From Squalus acanthias (taxonomy: Eukaryota), in assembly GCA_030390025.1 (NCBI GenBank), contig CM059431.1:144586001-144650000 (forward strand): a stretch of 64,000 nucleotides of DNA. Direction: 5' to 3'. The first letter of the stretch is position 1; every line of letters begins with the position of its first letter. The notes beneath the pieces are model-generated. The model did not search any database. It was not told the DNA's origin and saw only the letters and a program-made list of their open reading frames with translations. Positions 13,581 through 26,565 of this stretch are shown here, one piece after another. The position numbers and the translations under genes were made by a program.

Positions 13581-14959
13581 GCAATATTCTTCATTGCTCC
13601 AAAATTGTCTAATTTTTACACTTCGATTTGAAATTCTCCTTGAATTGTGCTGTCGCTCTATGTACGACAGTTCTCGTTGTCTGAAGTCGTGTTATTTCTG
13701 ATTGCCCTGAACATGTTCTTGCCACTGATCCACAGATATACCGTTTCCATTTCGTACTCGTTCTCTACCTGTTGGGAATGCTGGAGCTGTTGGTATCAAT
13801 TGTCCTTTCCATTTTCGTAGGCAAAAAGTTCTGGAACCATTCCAAAATACTCGTCAATAAGGTATGTAGTTACAAGGCCAAATTAAGAAGTATTTTCCTC
13901 GGCTCTGCTGAGTATGGACTCTAAAAATTCAGAAATTGGTATTTCACCTCCCACAGATATTGCAATGAGAAATATTGTGCCAGGATTTACTAAAGCCAGC
14001 GGGCGATCGGCGACCACCATTCGTTAGACTTGCCCATGTCCATTTAATTTCTATGACCTTTTGTACCGGAAGCTGCAGTAGTAGATTAAAACTCTGTGGC
14101 GCCCTCTACAGGGCATATAGGCCCTGTGTGAACCGAGCAAGCAACTGTGCATCTCCTTCACCAATCATTTTGAATGACTGAAGATTGAACAGTGCAGATT
14201 CTGAAGCAGGAAGTCTAAGTTAGAATAGTGTATTCAACGTCAATCAGGTATTGAAAGCGAAATAAAGAAAGGGAAAGAAAGATTGGATTCAGAGAGAGAA
14301 AGAGAAAAGAGACAGAAAGAAAGATAAACTAATTGTTTTACATTTTTAATTTTAAAAATAATCTCCATCAATAATTAAAATCTGAAGGAATGAGACTCCA
14401 CAATCGTACAAGTTCATTTGGCAGGAATTAAAAATGATTACACTTTTAAAAATGATTCTTATACAGATATGGACAATCCCTAGCTTTCTGTGACGATATA
14501 AGTCCCTCTCTACTTTGCAAGTACAGGAAATTCACACAGCTCAGTGCAATTGAATGGAGAACCAGACAGCAGATGCCATTTTCGAGCAGCTCAGCGAATA
14601 GCGCTGGATCTCAGACAGTAACTCCAGGTTTTCGCGTTGAACTGCGCATCTGTGCTGGCTCGAAGTAGCTCTCTTATTTGTGAATAAATAACAGCCTCAC
14701 CATTGTTGTTAAAGTAAATTCTAGCCAATTATAACGTATGGCACGATTCTCATTTATCGAGGAATTTCACACATTACGAGAAGGAAATCATCATCATTCA
14801 CCTCATCTTGAATGTTTGCTTATTTATTTATTGGTCTGTTTATTTATTTACTATTTTCCAAAAATTCTCTTTTCCTTCACAGCCTTCCCATGAGCCTACT
14901 GATCAGGACAACCCCGCTCAAACACCAATCCCCAAGGTCCAACCTACAACAGTCTGATG

Positions 14960-15800
14960 CCAGCGTTGTCGAAAGGTTTTCAATGGTACAAATGGAGATC
15001 TTACAATGGGACACATACAGATGTAATTTAATGCAGTGCAGTGTGAATTGATGCATTTTAAAAGAAAGAACGAGGAGCGTATTTATAAACTAAATAGTCC
15101 AATTTTAAAGGGGGTGCAGGAACCGAGAGACGTGGGAGTTCAGTGACACACAACTTTGATGGGGGCAGGACAAACTGATAGAGCTGTTAACAGCATACGG
15201 GATAATTTGCTTTTTAAATAGAGGCACCGCGTACAAAAGCACGGAAGTTATGTTAAATCTCTGTAAATTATTGATTAGGCCTCAATTGGAGCATTGTGTC
15301 CAATTCTGAACACCACACTTTGGAGATGGTGCAGAGGAGGTTTACTCGAATGTTAGCAGTGATGAGGGGTTTCAGTTATGTGAGATTATTCTCCTTAGAG
15401 CAGGGAAGGAAAAGGGGAGCTTTAATAGAGGTGTTCAAAATGATGAAAAGATTTGATAGAATAAATTAGGAGAAGCTATTTCCACTAACAAAAGAATCGG
15501 TAAGCAATGGAAACAGATTTAATGTAATTAGCAAAAGAGCAAGAGTGGAGATGAGGAGAAATGTATTTACACAGCGAGTTGTTATGATCTGGAATACACT
15601 GCCTGAAAGGACGGTGGAAGCAGATTCAATAGTAACTTTCAAAAGGGAAGTGGATATTAACTTAAAACGGAAAGAAATGCAGGGCTATGGGGAAAGAGCA
15701 GGGAGTGGCTGTAATTGGATCGTTCTTCCAGAAATTCGGCACAGGCACGATTGGACCGAATGGCCTCTTTTGTGCTGTATCATTCTGTGATTCTATGATT
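14960..15800 (+). mobile_element. CR1 3' fragment
   Basis: MRRNVFTQRVVMIWNTLPE and (ATTCTRTG)n tail. Confidence 0.8.
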
Positions 15801-16299
15801 CAGCAAGAAGAGTATTTGGTGCAGTGGCGTCACAATCCACTTAATGAATGAACGACGTCATTTTTTCTGTCGAACAACGCGTGTTAAGCTAAAAAACCAG
15901 CTCATAAATTAACAGAATAAAGAGAAATTTGAGACATCTCACAAAGGTTTATATTGAGAAAATTTCCCTGGAATACAACAGTTACCAGGTCTTATTCTTT
16001 GGACTTTCTGTAGTGAACAACCTCGTTTATCTTTGATGCAGCAATTAATGTGTTACTTAAACGATTGAAATAAACTACCAATGACACTATTAATTTCTTG
16101 ACTTAAGACAAGCTTATTTTCTTCCTACAACTCCTGAAAATCCCCCCGCCTCACCTTTCACCCATAATGAGCTTCATTACTTGTTGGTGGCGGCGATCAG
16201 TCGGGCAATCGGGTGGGTGTCAACTCGACATTTCTCAGATGAGTGTTCACTCATACCTGGAGCTGGATTTCCCCACCGCACACACACAACACTCGCACT

Positions 16300-16497
16300 G
16301 GGGTAATTTTAACATAACAGGCCGGGCGGGAGACTGACAGGATCGGGTGGACAGCCAGTTTTACATCCTCCCCACCCCCGCCCCCTCGATATTACTCTTC
16401 GTTGTCTTCAATGACAGTAAACTCGGGCGGGGTGCAAAACCCGCGTTCACCCGATTCCATCAGCTTCAAGACCGCCAGGTTAAGTTAAAATTGCCTC
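16300..16497. mobile_element. Palindromic MITE (Harbinger-like ends)
   Basis: TIRs GGGGTAATTTTAAC (16300-16313) / GTTAAAATTGCCTC (16484-16497), 12/14 complementary, plus inner arms gatcgggtggac / gttcacccgatt. Confidence 0.6.
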
Positions 16498-17439
16498 CAA
16501 GAGCGGTAATCATTTTACCGTTCGCCCTCCCATCGAATTCTAAGCCAGTCTGGAACCTGGAACATTCCTACTCTGTGTGCATTAGCAATCAGCTGCTTAA
16601 ACGGACTGATTCATGGAATAGGAAATGCAGACGTTAGCTGGTGCACGTGTTCTGCCCATATCCCTGTATCCAATATCACCGGTCTGTCTTGAGTTATAAG
16701 GAACTGGCGCAGATGTTCAGTTCAAGACTGAAAGCCTGGGGAGAGGCCTTGCACTCAGCAGACGCCTGATTGGAAAATGTTATTTCCATTTTAAATTGGT
16801 TAACACCTCCGCTAAAGAAGAGGAATGTCTCAGGTTACATTCCTCCTCTAAGATCGCATGCGGTGGCCTCCAGCTCACAGAGACACAGGCATCTACAGGG
16901 AAATGATTGGGCTCTTCAGGAATGCTGTGGAAATGGAACGCTGCTGGGTAATTTGGTAGGAAACTACCAGCGAGTCAACAAAGTTATTCACAAGGAGCAA
17001 CATGGCACTGGCGTTCTTTATCAAAGTATTTGATAACACACCAGGAGGGGTAATTGTACCAAACCGGTTGTTCGGTAAACGTACGGGTTCTGGGTTCCCG
17101 TTCGTTTTATACTCCGCCCGATTTTCCGCTCCATTGAAATAAGGTTAAGATTAGCCCGGACTTTCTCTCCGATGGTTAGCTGCACAGTATTGGTATCGGA
17201 ATAGTTAACTCAATCACTTCAAGCAACGTCGCCTGTCATTCATGATATAAAGGTCAAAACCACCATTAAAACTGTACAGAGGGATTCTATTGTAAATATT
17301 ACGATTTAATGTAGTAATATCGCAAACAGTAATTGCTAGACTCACAACGGATCATTCAGTTGCACACACCTATTGCTGTTTCTGTGTGATAGATGTCCAG
17401 CTAAATGTAGTGGCCTAAAACAGGCGTTGAAACACTCAG

Positions 17440-18025
17440 CCTTGCTTTTGTTACCTCAGTCTGGACTATTCCAATGCTCTCCTGGCTGGCACTCCACCTT
17501 GCAACCTCGGTAAACTTCTGCTCATCCAATCTTCCGCTGCCTGCATTCTAACTCGCACCAATTCCCGTTCACAGATCACCCCCTGAACACACTGAATTAA
17601 ATTGACTCACGGCCTGGCAATGCCTCGATTTGAAAATTCCCATCCATGTTTTCAAATCCCTCCAGAGCCACGCCCTCTCTATCTCTGTAATCTGCTCCAG
17701 TCCCTACAAGCCACCGAGATATTTAGCTCCTACAATTCCCTCCTCATATGCAACTCGATTTTTTATCACCCCACCATTGGCGGCCGTCCCTTCAGCTGCA
17801 AAAGCTCTAAACCCTGATAACATATCCGAAACCTGTCAGGCTCTCTCTCTCTCCTCCACTAAGGCGCTGCTTAAACTCTACCTCTTTGACCAACCTTTTG
17901 GGCCTCTCTCCTAATATCTGCTTATGTGACTCCGTATCAAATGTTGTTTGATACTCTCTCCTGTGAAGCGCCTTGGAGCATTTTACTACGTTAAAGGCGC
18001 GATGTATATGCAGGATGTTGTTGAT
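17440..18025 (+). mobile_element. L2 LINE 3' fragment
   Basis: FVTSVLDYSNALLAG-like remnant; 3' end gttaaaggcgc..atatgcag..(gtt)n. Confidence 0.75.
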
Positions 18026-18414
18026 GATAATATGGATCAGCCACCCTTCATTAGTACCATCAGATTTTCGTTACACATTGTATAATCTGGGGGAGACATT
18101 GGTCTAGTGCCAGAAATGATCGCCAATTTGAACATACGCTCAAAGACGTAGGGCCGAAGGTCACTGAAAATGGGGCTTCTTGTTTTCTCCAATTAAAATC
18201 TACGAGCTTGCGACCCCAATTTTCCGATGCAGATCGTTGGTCGAGAAAAAGGAAAATTCGGCTGCACGGACAGCGAGCCTGCCCTTGGGGAATGGAGGGA
18301 GGCAAAATGTAAGAAGGTGAGCCCAGGTCCCAATCCTGCACCACCTGACTCCACATTAAGGCAAATGAAAAAATGTTTTACTTACCTTCTCTTGGCGGCC
18401 TCCCAAAGCCCCAT

Positions 18415-20404
18415 TGAGGACCATTACCGACAGAGACATTAGAAATTATAATGGGTAATAAGGAAATGGCAGAGACATTGAACAAATACTTTCTATCTGT
18501 TCTCACGAAAGAAGACATACAAAGCATTCCGGAAATAATGGGGAACCGCGGGTCTTGTGGGAATGAGGAACTAAAAGAAATAAGTATTAGTAAATAAATA
18601 GACTGGAGAAAGTAATGGGACTAAAAACAGACAAATCCCTTGGACCTGATGGCCTAAACCCTAGGGTTTTAAAAGAGGTGGCTGCAGAGATAGTGGATGC
18701 ATTGGTTTTGGTCTTCTAGAATTTTCTACTTTCAATAACGATCCCCACTAATTGGAAAGTGTCAAAAGTCACCCCGCTATTTAAGAAAGAAGCAAAAGAG
18801 AAAATTGGTCAATACAGGCCAGCTAGCCTGACAACAGTAGCAGAGAAAATGCCAGCAAAGAATCTATGATTTGGGACTTGGTAACAGGGCACTTAGAAAA
18901 TCATAATATGATTGGGCAGAGTCAATACGGATTTATGAAAGTCAAGCCGTGTTTGACAAATATAATACTGCTTTTGAGGTTGTAACTAGATTATATAAGG
19001 GGGAAACGGTGGATGTAGTCTATTTGTATTCCCAATAGGCATTCGTTAAGTTGCCACATAAAAGGTTGCTATGCAAGATAAGGGCTCATGGGTTTGGGGT
19101 AATATATTGACATGGATAGCGGATTGGTTAACCGACAGAAAACAGAGAGTAGGAATTAACCAGTTCATTTTCAGATTGGCAGGCTGTAATTTATGGGGAA
19201 CTGCAAGGGTCAGTGCTTGGGCGACAGCTGTTTACAATCTTAATCAATTGCTTAGATGAGGGTACGAGTAACGAAGGTTGCTGATAAAACAAAGCTAGGT
19301 GGGAAAGTAAGTTGTGAGGAAGATGCAAACAGGCTGGAAATGTATATCGACAGGTTAAGTGAGTGGGCAAGACGATGGCAGATGGAATTCACTGTGGAAA
19401 AATCTGAAGTTATCCACTTTGTTAGGAAAAATAGAAAAGCAGACGATTTTTAAATATTGGGAGATTGGAAAATGTTGTTATTCAGAGGGACCTGGGTGCT
19501 TTTGTACACAAATCACGGAAAGTTAACATGAAGGTGCAGCAAGCAATTAGGAAAGCAAATGGTATTTTAGCCTTCATTACAAAAAGATTGGAGTAAAAGA
19601 TTAGAGAAGTCTTACTGCCATTGTATGGGGCCTTGGCGAGACCACACCTTGTGCACTGTGTACAGTTTTCATCAATTTCAGCCATGGCACAGTTGGTAGC
19701 ACACTCGCCTCTGAGTCAGATTGATGTGCGTTGAAGTTCCACTCCAGGGACTTGAGCACATAAAGCTAGACTGACACACCAGTGCAGTGCTGCGGGAGTG
19801 CTGCACTGTCGGAGATGCCGTCTTTCGGATGAGACCTGAAACCGAGGTCCCGTCTGCTCTGTCAGGTGGACGTAAAAGATCCCATGGCACTATTTCGAAG
19901 ACGAGTAGGGGAGTTATCCCCGGTGTACCAACATAACAAAAACAGATCATTGCTGTTTGTGGGAGCTTGCTGAGTTTCCCACATTACAACAGTGATCCCA
20001 CTTCAAAAAAATTTCATTAACTATAAAGCACTTTGAGGCGTCTGGTGGTCGTGAAAGGTGCTATATAAATGCAACTCTTTCTTGCCTTACCTAAGGAAGG
20101 ATACACTTACCTTCGACGGGGTGCAACAAAGGTTCCCTTGACTGATTCATGGGATGAGGGGACGGTACATACTGGGGGTTGATTCACCAGGCTGGAGAGC
20201 CTATAACTAGGGGTCACAATCTTAGAATAAAGGGTCAGTCATTTAGGACTGAGATGAGGAGATATTTCCTCACTCAAATGGATGTGAATCTTTGGAATTC
20301 GCTACCCAATAGTGCTGTGGATGCTCAGTCTTTGACTACATTCAAGGCTGAGAGAGATTTTTGCATACTCAGGGAATCAAGCGATTTGGGGATTGTGCTG
20401 GAGT
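18415..20404 (+). mobile_element. Old CR1 ORF2 (RT region), degenerate; hosts a SINE and a young CR1
   Basis: DKSLGPDGL, WIADWLTDRKQRVGIN, ADKTKLGG remnants with many stops. Its 3' UTR resumes at ~22187. Confidence 0.85.
19677..20083 (+). mobile_element. SacSINE1-like Deu-domain SINE
   Basis: tRNA-like head tggcacagttggtagcac; Deu core gtgctgcactgtcggagatgccgtctttcggatgagac..gacgtaaaagatcccatggcacta; L2-like tail aaaggtgctatataaatgcaa. Confidence 0.8.
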
Positions 20405-22186
20405 TAGAACATAAGAACATAAGAACATAAGAAATAGGAGCAGGAGTAGGCCAATCGGCCCCTCGAGCCTGCTCCGCCATTCAATAAGATCATGGCTGAT
20501 CTGATCCTAACCGCCAATCTACTATCTATCACAGAACCATCTCCTGCATCTAACAGAATTGCACACACAAAATAGGAGCAGAATCAGGCTACACAGTCCC
20601 TGGGCCCGCTCCACTACCCACAGGGCCATGACCGATCCGAACCTAGACTCATGTCCAAATTCCTGCCCGCTCCCCGTAACCCTTAATGCCCTTTACTTCT
20701 AGGAAACTGTCTATTTCTGTTTTAAATTTAATTAATGTTGTAGCTTCTACAGCTTTTTGTGGCAGCATATTCCATGGACCTACCACCCTCTGAGTGAAGT
20801 AGTTCCTCCTCATCTCAGTTTTGAAAGAGCAGCCCCTTATTCTAAGACTATGTCCCCTAGTTCTCGTCTCACCCGTCATCGGGAACATCCTCCCCGCATC
20901 CACCCGATCCAACCCCTTCACAATCTTATATGTTTCAATAAGATCGCCTCTCATTCTTCTGAACTCCAATGAGTAGAGTCCCAATCTACCCAACCTCTCC
21001 TCATATGACCACCCCCTCATCCCCGGGATTAACCGAGTGAACCTTTTTTGCACTGCCTCGAGAGCAAGGATGTCTTTCCTTAAGTAAGGACACCAAAACT
21101 GTATGCAGTATTCCAGGTGCGGTCTCACCAATACCTTGTACAACTGAAGCAATACCTCCCTATTTTTATATTCTATCCCCCTAGCAATGAAAGCCAACAT
21201 TCCATTTGCCTTCTTAATCACTTGCTGCACCTGCATACTAACCTTTTGAGTTTCGTGCACCAGGACCCCCAGATCCCTTTGCACTTCAGTACTCTCCAGT
21301 TTCTTGCCATTAAGATAATAAATTGCTCTAGGATTTTTCCTGCCAAAGTGCATCACCTCACACTTTCCAGTGTTGTATTCCATCTGCCAAATCTCTGCCC
21401 ACTTACTTAGCCTGTCTATGTCCCCTTGCAGGATTTTTATGTCCTCCTCACTCACTACTTTCCCTCCCATCTTAGTATCATCTGCAAATTTTGATATGTT
21501 ACACTTGGTCCCTTCCTCCAAATCGTTAATATAGATTGTAAAGAGTTGGGGACCCAGCACTGACCCCTGTGGAACACCACTAGTTACTGATTGCCAGTCT
21601 GAGAATGAACCATTTATCCCAACTCTTTGCTTTCTGTTAGATAGCCAATCCTCTATCCATGCCAGAATATTACCCCCAATCCCGTGATTTTTTACCTTAA
21701 GCAATAATCTTTTGTGTGGCACCTTGTCAAATGCCTTTTGGAAGTCTAAATACACTACGTCCACTGGTTCCCCTTTATCCACTCTATATGTTACTTCCTC
21801 AAAGAACTCCAGCAAATTTGTCAAACATGACTTCCCCTTCGTAAAACCATGCTGACTTTGTCCTATTAAATTATGATTATCCAAATGTCCTGTTACTGTT
21901 TCCTTAATAATGGACTCCAAAATTTTACCTACCACAGATGTTAGGCTAACCGGTCTATAGTTACCAGCCTTCTGTCTACTGCCCTTTTTAAATAAGGGTG
22001 TTACATTAGCAGTTTCCCAGTCTGCCGGGACCTTAGCGGAATCCAGGGAGTTTTGAAAAATTATTATCAATGCATCTACAATCCCTACCGCCACTTCCTT
22101 CAAGACTCTAGGATGTAAGCCATCAGGTCCAGGTGATTTATCCGCCTTGAGTCCCATTATTTTACCGAGTACCACTTCCTTAGTGG
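20405..22186 (-). mobile_element. Young 5'-truncated CR1 LINE
   Basis: Uninterrupted RT ORF, 3' UTR, (GTTCTTAT)n tail, candidate TSD TAGAAC (20405-20410 / 22187-22192). Confidence 0.93.
20649..22175 (-). CDS. CR1 ORF2 reverse transcriptase, N-terminally truncated (508 aa open)
   Basis: KSPGPDG, YRPVSL, LDFQKAFDKV, GVPQGSVLGP, FADD motifs intact. Confidence 0.9.
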   Translation of the reverse strand: MVLGKIMGLKADKSPGPDGLHPRVLKEVAVGIVDALIIIFQNSLDSAKVPADWETANVTPLFKKGSRQKAGNYRPVSLTSVVGKILESIIKETVTGHLDNHNLIGQSQHGFTKGKSCLTNLLEFFEEVTYRVDKGEPVDVVYLDFQKAFDKVPHKRLLLKVKNHGIGGNILAWIEDWLSNRKQRVGINGSFSDWQSVTSGVPQGSVLGPQLFTIYINDLEEGTKCNISKFADDTKMGGKVVSEEDIKILQGDIDRLSKWAEIWQMEYNTGKCEVMHFGRKNPRAIYYLNGKKLESTEVQRDLGVLVHETQKVSMQVQQVIKKANGMLAFIARGIEYKNREVLLQLYKVLVRPHLEYCIQFWCPYLRKDILALEAVQKRFTRLIPGMRGWSYEERLGRLGLYSLEFRRMRGDLIETYKIVKGLDRVDAGRMFPMTGETRTRGHSLRIRGCSFKTEMRRNYFTQRVVGPWNMLPQKAVEATTLIKFKTEIDSFLEVKGIKGYGERAGIWT

Positions 22187-22224
22187 TAGAACCATGATCT
22201 TATTGAATACCGGAGCAGGGCCGA

Positions 22225-22580
22225 ATAGAATAATAGAATCATAGCAATTTATGACACAGAAGGAGATCATTCGACCCATCGTGTCTGTCCCGGCGGAGAA
22301 AGTGCCAGACTGCCTAACCCCACTTTCCAGCTCTTGGTCCGTTGCCCTACAGGTTACGGCACTTCAAGTCCATATCCAAGTACTTTTGAAATGTGACCAG
22401 TGCGTTTGCCTCTACCACACTTCTAGGCAGTGAGTTCCAGACCCCGCCACCCTCTGGGTGAAAAGGAGTCTCCCCTCTAATCCTTCTACCAATTACTCTA
22501 ATTTTATGCCCCCTTGTTACTGACTTCTCTGCTAAATGAAACAGGCCCTTCCTATCCAATCTATCTAGGACCCTCATAAT
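22225..22580 (-). mobile_element. CR1 3' fragment
   Basis: VWNSLPRSVVEANALVTFQKYLD plus tail. Confidence 0.75.
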
Positions 22581-22599
22581 TTCTTATGTCCTTGTATTC

Positions 22600-25500
22600 T
22601 TTCTTGTGTCCTCTAGTAAGTCTACCACTGGTGCTGCAAAACTGGTCAGTACTTGTGTTCCAGCAGTAGGTATTATACCAGTGCTGAAAAAGCAGAGTCC
22701 TCGCCAGTAGTGCATTAGATGGGTCTCCGTCAGTGCAACAAGAGTGGGGACTAGAACAGGAATAGAATCAGCTACAGCAATGGAAGAGCATTTTCACGTC
22801 TGGTGCTACTGCAGACAACGTATTACCAGAGGAGCACGGTCACATCTAGTGTATGTGTACGGGTACCAGTAGTTCCATAGAAGCAGTATCACCGCTGGTG
22901 TAAGTGAAGGGAACCACTAGTACCGCAAGACCACTTTCACCACCAGTGTAAGTGTATGGATACTGCTAGTACCGGAGGAGGACGGTCAGCTCTAGATTCA
23001 TAGAGTCATAGTTATACAGCACAGAAAGAGACCTTTCGGCCCATCGTGTCCGCGCCGGCCATCAAGCCCTCTCTATTCTAATCTCATTTTCCAGCAATTG
23101 GTCCGTAGACTTGTATGCGATGGCGTTTCAAGTGCTCAGCTAAATGCTTCTTGGATGCTGTGAGGGTTCCTGCCTCTAACACCCTTTCAGGCAGTGAGTT
23201 CCAGAATCCAACAACCCTTTGGGTGAAAAGGTTTTCCTCTAATTCCCTCTAAACCTCCCGCCCCTTAACTTGAAACTATGCCCCCTGGTTATTGACCCCT
23301 CTACTAAGGGGAAAAGATCCTTTCTTTCTACCCTATCTATGCCCTCATAACATTGCACACCTCAATCAGGTCCCCCCTCAGCCTTGTCTGCTCTAAGGAA
23401 AACAACCCCAGTTGTCCAGTCTCTCTTCATGGCTGAAGCGCTCAAGCCTAGGTAACATCCTGGTGAATCTCCTCTGCACCCTCTCCAATGCAATCACATC
23501 CTTCCGATAGTGTGGCGACCAGAACTGCACACAATATTCCAGCTGTGGCCTAACTAGCGTTCTGTACAGCTCCATCATTACATCCCTGCTCTTATATGCT
23601 ATGCCTCGGCTAATGAAGGGAAGTATCCCATATGCCTTTTTAACCACCTTATTTACCTGTCCTGTTGCCTTCAGTGATCTATGTAAATGCACACCAAAGG
23701 TCCCTCTGATCCACTGTCCTTCCTAGGGTCCTGCCATTCATTGTGTATCCCCTTGCCTTGTTAGTCCTCCAAAAATGCATCACCTCACACGTTCCATTTG
23801 CCACTGTTCTGCCCATCTAACCAACGCTTCTATTTCGTCCTGTAGCCTGAGGCTTCCCTCCTCGCTATTTACCACCCCACCAATTTTCGTGTCAGCTGCA
23901 AACATACTGATCATACCTCCTACATTCATATCTACATCATTAATGTACACTATAAACAGCAAAGGACCCAGCACCGATCCCTGCGGTACACCACTGGACA
24001 CAGGCTCCCAGTTACAAAAACAACCTTCGAACATCACGCTCTGCCTCCTGCCACTGAGCCAATTTTGGATCCAATGTGCTAAATTGCCCTGGATCCCATG
24101 GACTCTTACCTTCTTGACCAGTCTCCCATGCGGGACTTTGTCAAAAGCCTTACTGAAGTCCATGTAGACCACATCAGCTGCACTACCCTCATCCACACAC
24201 CGAGTCATCCCCTTGAAAAAAATTATCAAATTGGTCAGACATGATCTCCCCCTGACATAGCCATGCTGACTATCCTTGGTTAATCCTTGCCTCTCCAAGT
24301 GGAGACTAATTCTTTCCCTCAGAAATGTTTTCTATAATTTCCCGACCACTGATATTAGGCTCACTGACCTGTAAATCCCTGGTTTCTCCCTGCTACCCTT
24401 CTTGAATAATGGTACTACGTTAGTTGTCCTCCAGTCTTTTGGCCACTCCACTGTGGCCAGAGAGGTTCTGAAAATTTGGGTCAGAGCCCCTGCAAACTCC
24501 TCCCTTGCCTCACACAGCAGCCTGGGATACATCTCGTCTGGGCCTGGTGATTTATCCACTTTTAAGCCGGATAAAACCGCTAGTACCTCCTCGCTCTCAA
24601 TACTAATTTGTTCAAGTATATCGCAATCCACCTGCCTGATTTCTATGCCTACATCGACCTTCTCCATCGTGAACACAGATGCAAAATATTCATTTAAAAC
24701 CTCACTTATTCTTTTGGCTCCACACACAGATTGCCACTTTGGTCCCTGATGGGCCCTACTCTTTCCCTGGTTATCCTCTATTCCTTAATATACTTATAAA
24801 TCACCTTGGGATTTTCCTTTATTTTGCCCGCCAGTGTAAATGTTCGCTGCCTCTAATAACAAAATGGCACTGCCACTACAAGTTTAACTGTATGGATACC
24901 ACTATTACAGGAGGAGTGCTGTCACTTCTAGTATAAGTGTAGAATATCACTAGTATCGAAGGAGTACTGGTCTCCTCTCGTGTAAGTGTAGGTGTACCAC
25001 TGCACCCAGTGGAGCAAGTTCACCTCTAATATAATTATGGGATTACCACTGCTTCAGGAGGAGCCCGGTCATCTCGAGTGTAAGTGTAGATGTAGCTCTA
25101 GTACCAGAGGAGCACGGTCAGCTCGTGTGTAATTGTAGGTAACCATTAATACCAGAAGAGCACTGTCACTACCATTGTAAGTGTGCGGTTACCACTACTA
25201 CCGGTGGAGCACGGTCAGCTCCAGTGTATATGTAGGGGTACCAGTCGTATACGAGAAGCAGGAGCACCGCTCGTGTAAGATTAGGGAACCGCCAGAACAG
25301 GACGTTCACGTTCAGCACTAGTCTAAGTGCAGGGGTATCGCTAGTACCGAAAGAGCAAGGTCACCTCGAGTGTAAGTGCAGTGTACCACTCGTACTGAAT
25401 GAGCACTGTCTCCTCTAGTGTAAGTGTAGGGGTACCACTAGTACCAGGGGATCACTGTCTCCTCTAGTGTAAGTGCAGGGGTACCATTAGTACTGAAGGA

Positions 25501-26300
25501 GCACTGTCTCCTCTAGTGTAAGTGCAGGGGTACCATTAGTACGGAAGGAGTACTGTCTCCTCTAGTGTAAGTGTAGGGGCTCCACTAGTACTGAAGGAGC
25601 ACTGTCTCCTCAAGTGTAAGTGCAGGGCTACCACTAGTACTGAAGAAGCACTGTCTCCTCTAGTGTAAGTGCAGGGGTACCACTAGTACTGAAGGAGCAC
25701 TGTCTCCTCTAGTGTAGGTGCAGGGGTACCACTAGTACCAGGGCATCACTGTCTCCTCTTGTGTAAGTGCAGGGGTACCAATAGTACTGAAGGAGCACTA
25801 TCTCCTCTAGTGTAAGTGCAGGGGTACCACTAGTACGGCAGGAGCACTGTCTCCTCTAGTGTAATTGCAGGGGTACCGCTAGTACTGAAGGAGCACTGTC
25901 TCCTCTATTGTAAGTGTAGGGGCTCCACTAGTACTGAAGGAGCACTGTCTCCTCTAGTGTAAGTGCAGGGCTACCACTAGTACTAAAGAAGCACTGTCTC
26001 CTCTAGTATAAGTGCAGGGGTACCACTAACACTGAAGGAGCACTGTCTCCTCTAGTGTAAGTGCAGGGGTACCACTAATACTGAAAGGGCACTGTCTCCT
26101 CTAGTGTAAATGCAGGTGTACCGCTAGTACCAAGGGAGCACTGTCTCCTCTAGTTTAAGTGTAGGTGTACCAATTGTACCTGAGAAGCACGGTCACCTCG
26201 AGTTTAAGTGTAGGGAGCCCACAAGTACAGGGGGAGCACTCTCACCTCTAGTTTAACTGTGGGTTTACGACAACTACCAGAGGATTACAGATACCTTTAA
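22600..26300 (+). repeat. 49-bp tandem satellite (homogeneous core ~25400-26160; degenerate flanks; interrupted by CR1 at 22996-24835)
   Basis: Unit cctctagtgtaagtgcaggggtaccactagtactgaaggagcactgtct; cctctag at 25412, 25461, 25510 gives a period of 49. Confidence 0.93.
22996..24835 (-). mobile_element. CR1 ORF2 RT + 3' end, frameshifted
   Basis: KVDKSPGPDEMYPR, MDFSKAFDKVPH, GVPQGSVLGP, LVRPQLEYCVQFWSP in three ORF pieces. Confidence 0.9.
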
Positions 26301-26565
26301 TGCCGCATGTCTGCGGTCTTAACTAATACCGCAAGATTTGGTCACCGCCTGTTCTGGAGGGGTTGAAGCAATAAGATTAAGTCAAGGATAGGGCCAGGAC
26401 GTGTAGTGCTGGGGGAGTTGCCTTCACTGCTTCTGTTGTAAGAGGGTCAGCAGCAGTACCGGTAGATTGAACTCTCTAATTGTAAAGAATGTTTAATTGA
26501 GCATGTTGTTATTAAACTTTCCAATAACAATTTCTATTATTTCTTATCAGACAATAATAACTTGT

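Noticed and set aside
25400..26160. CRISPR-like array
   Set aside because: Head-to-tail 49-bp units with no unique spacers, no cas genes, and a eukaryotic context.
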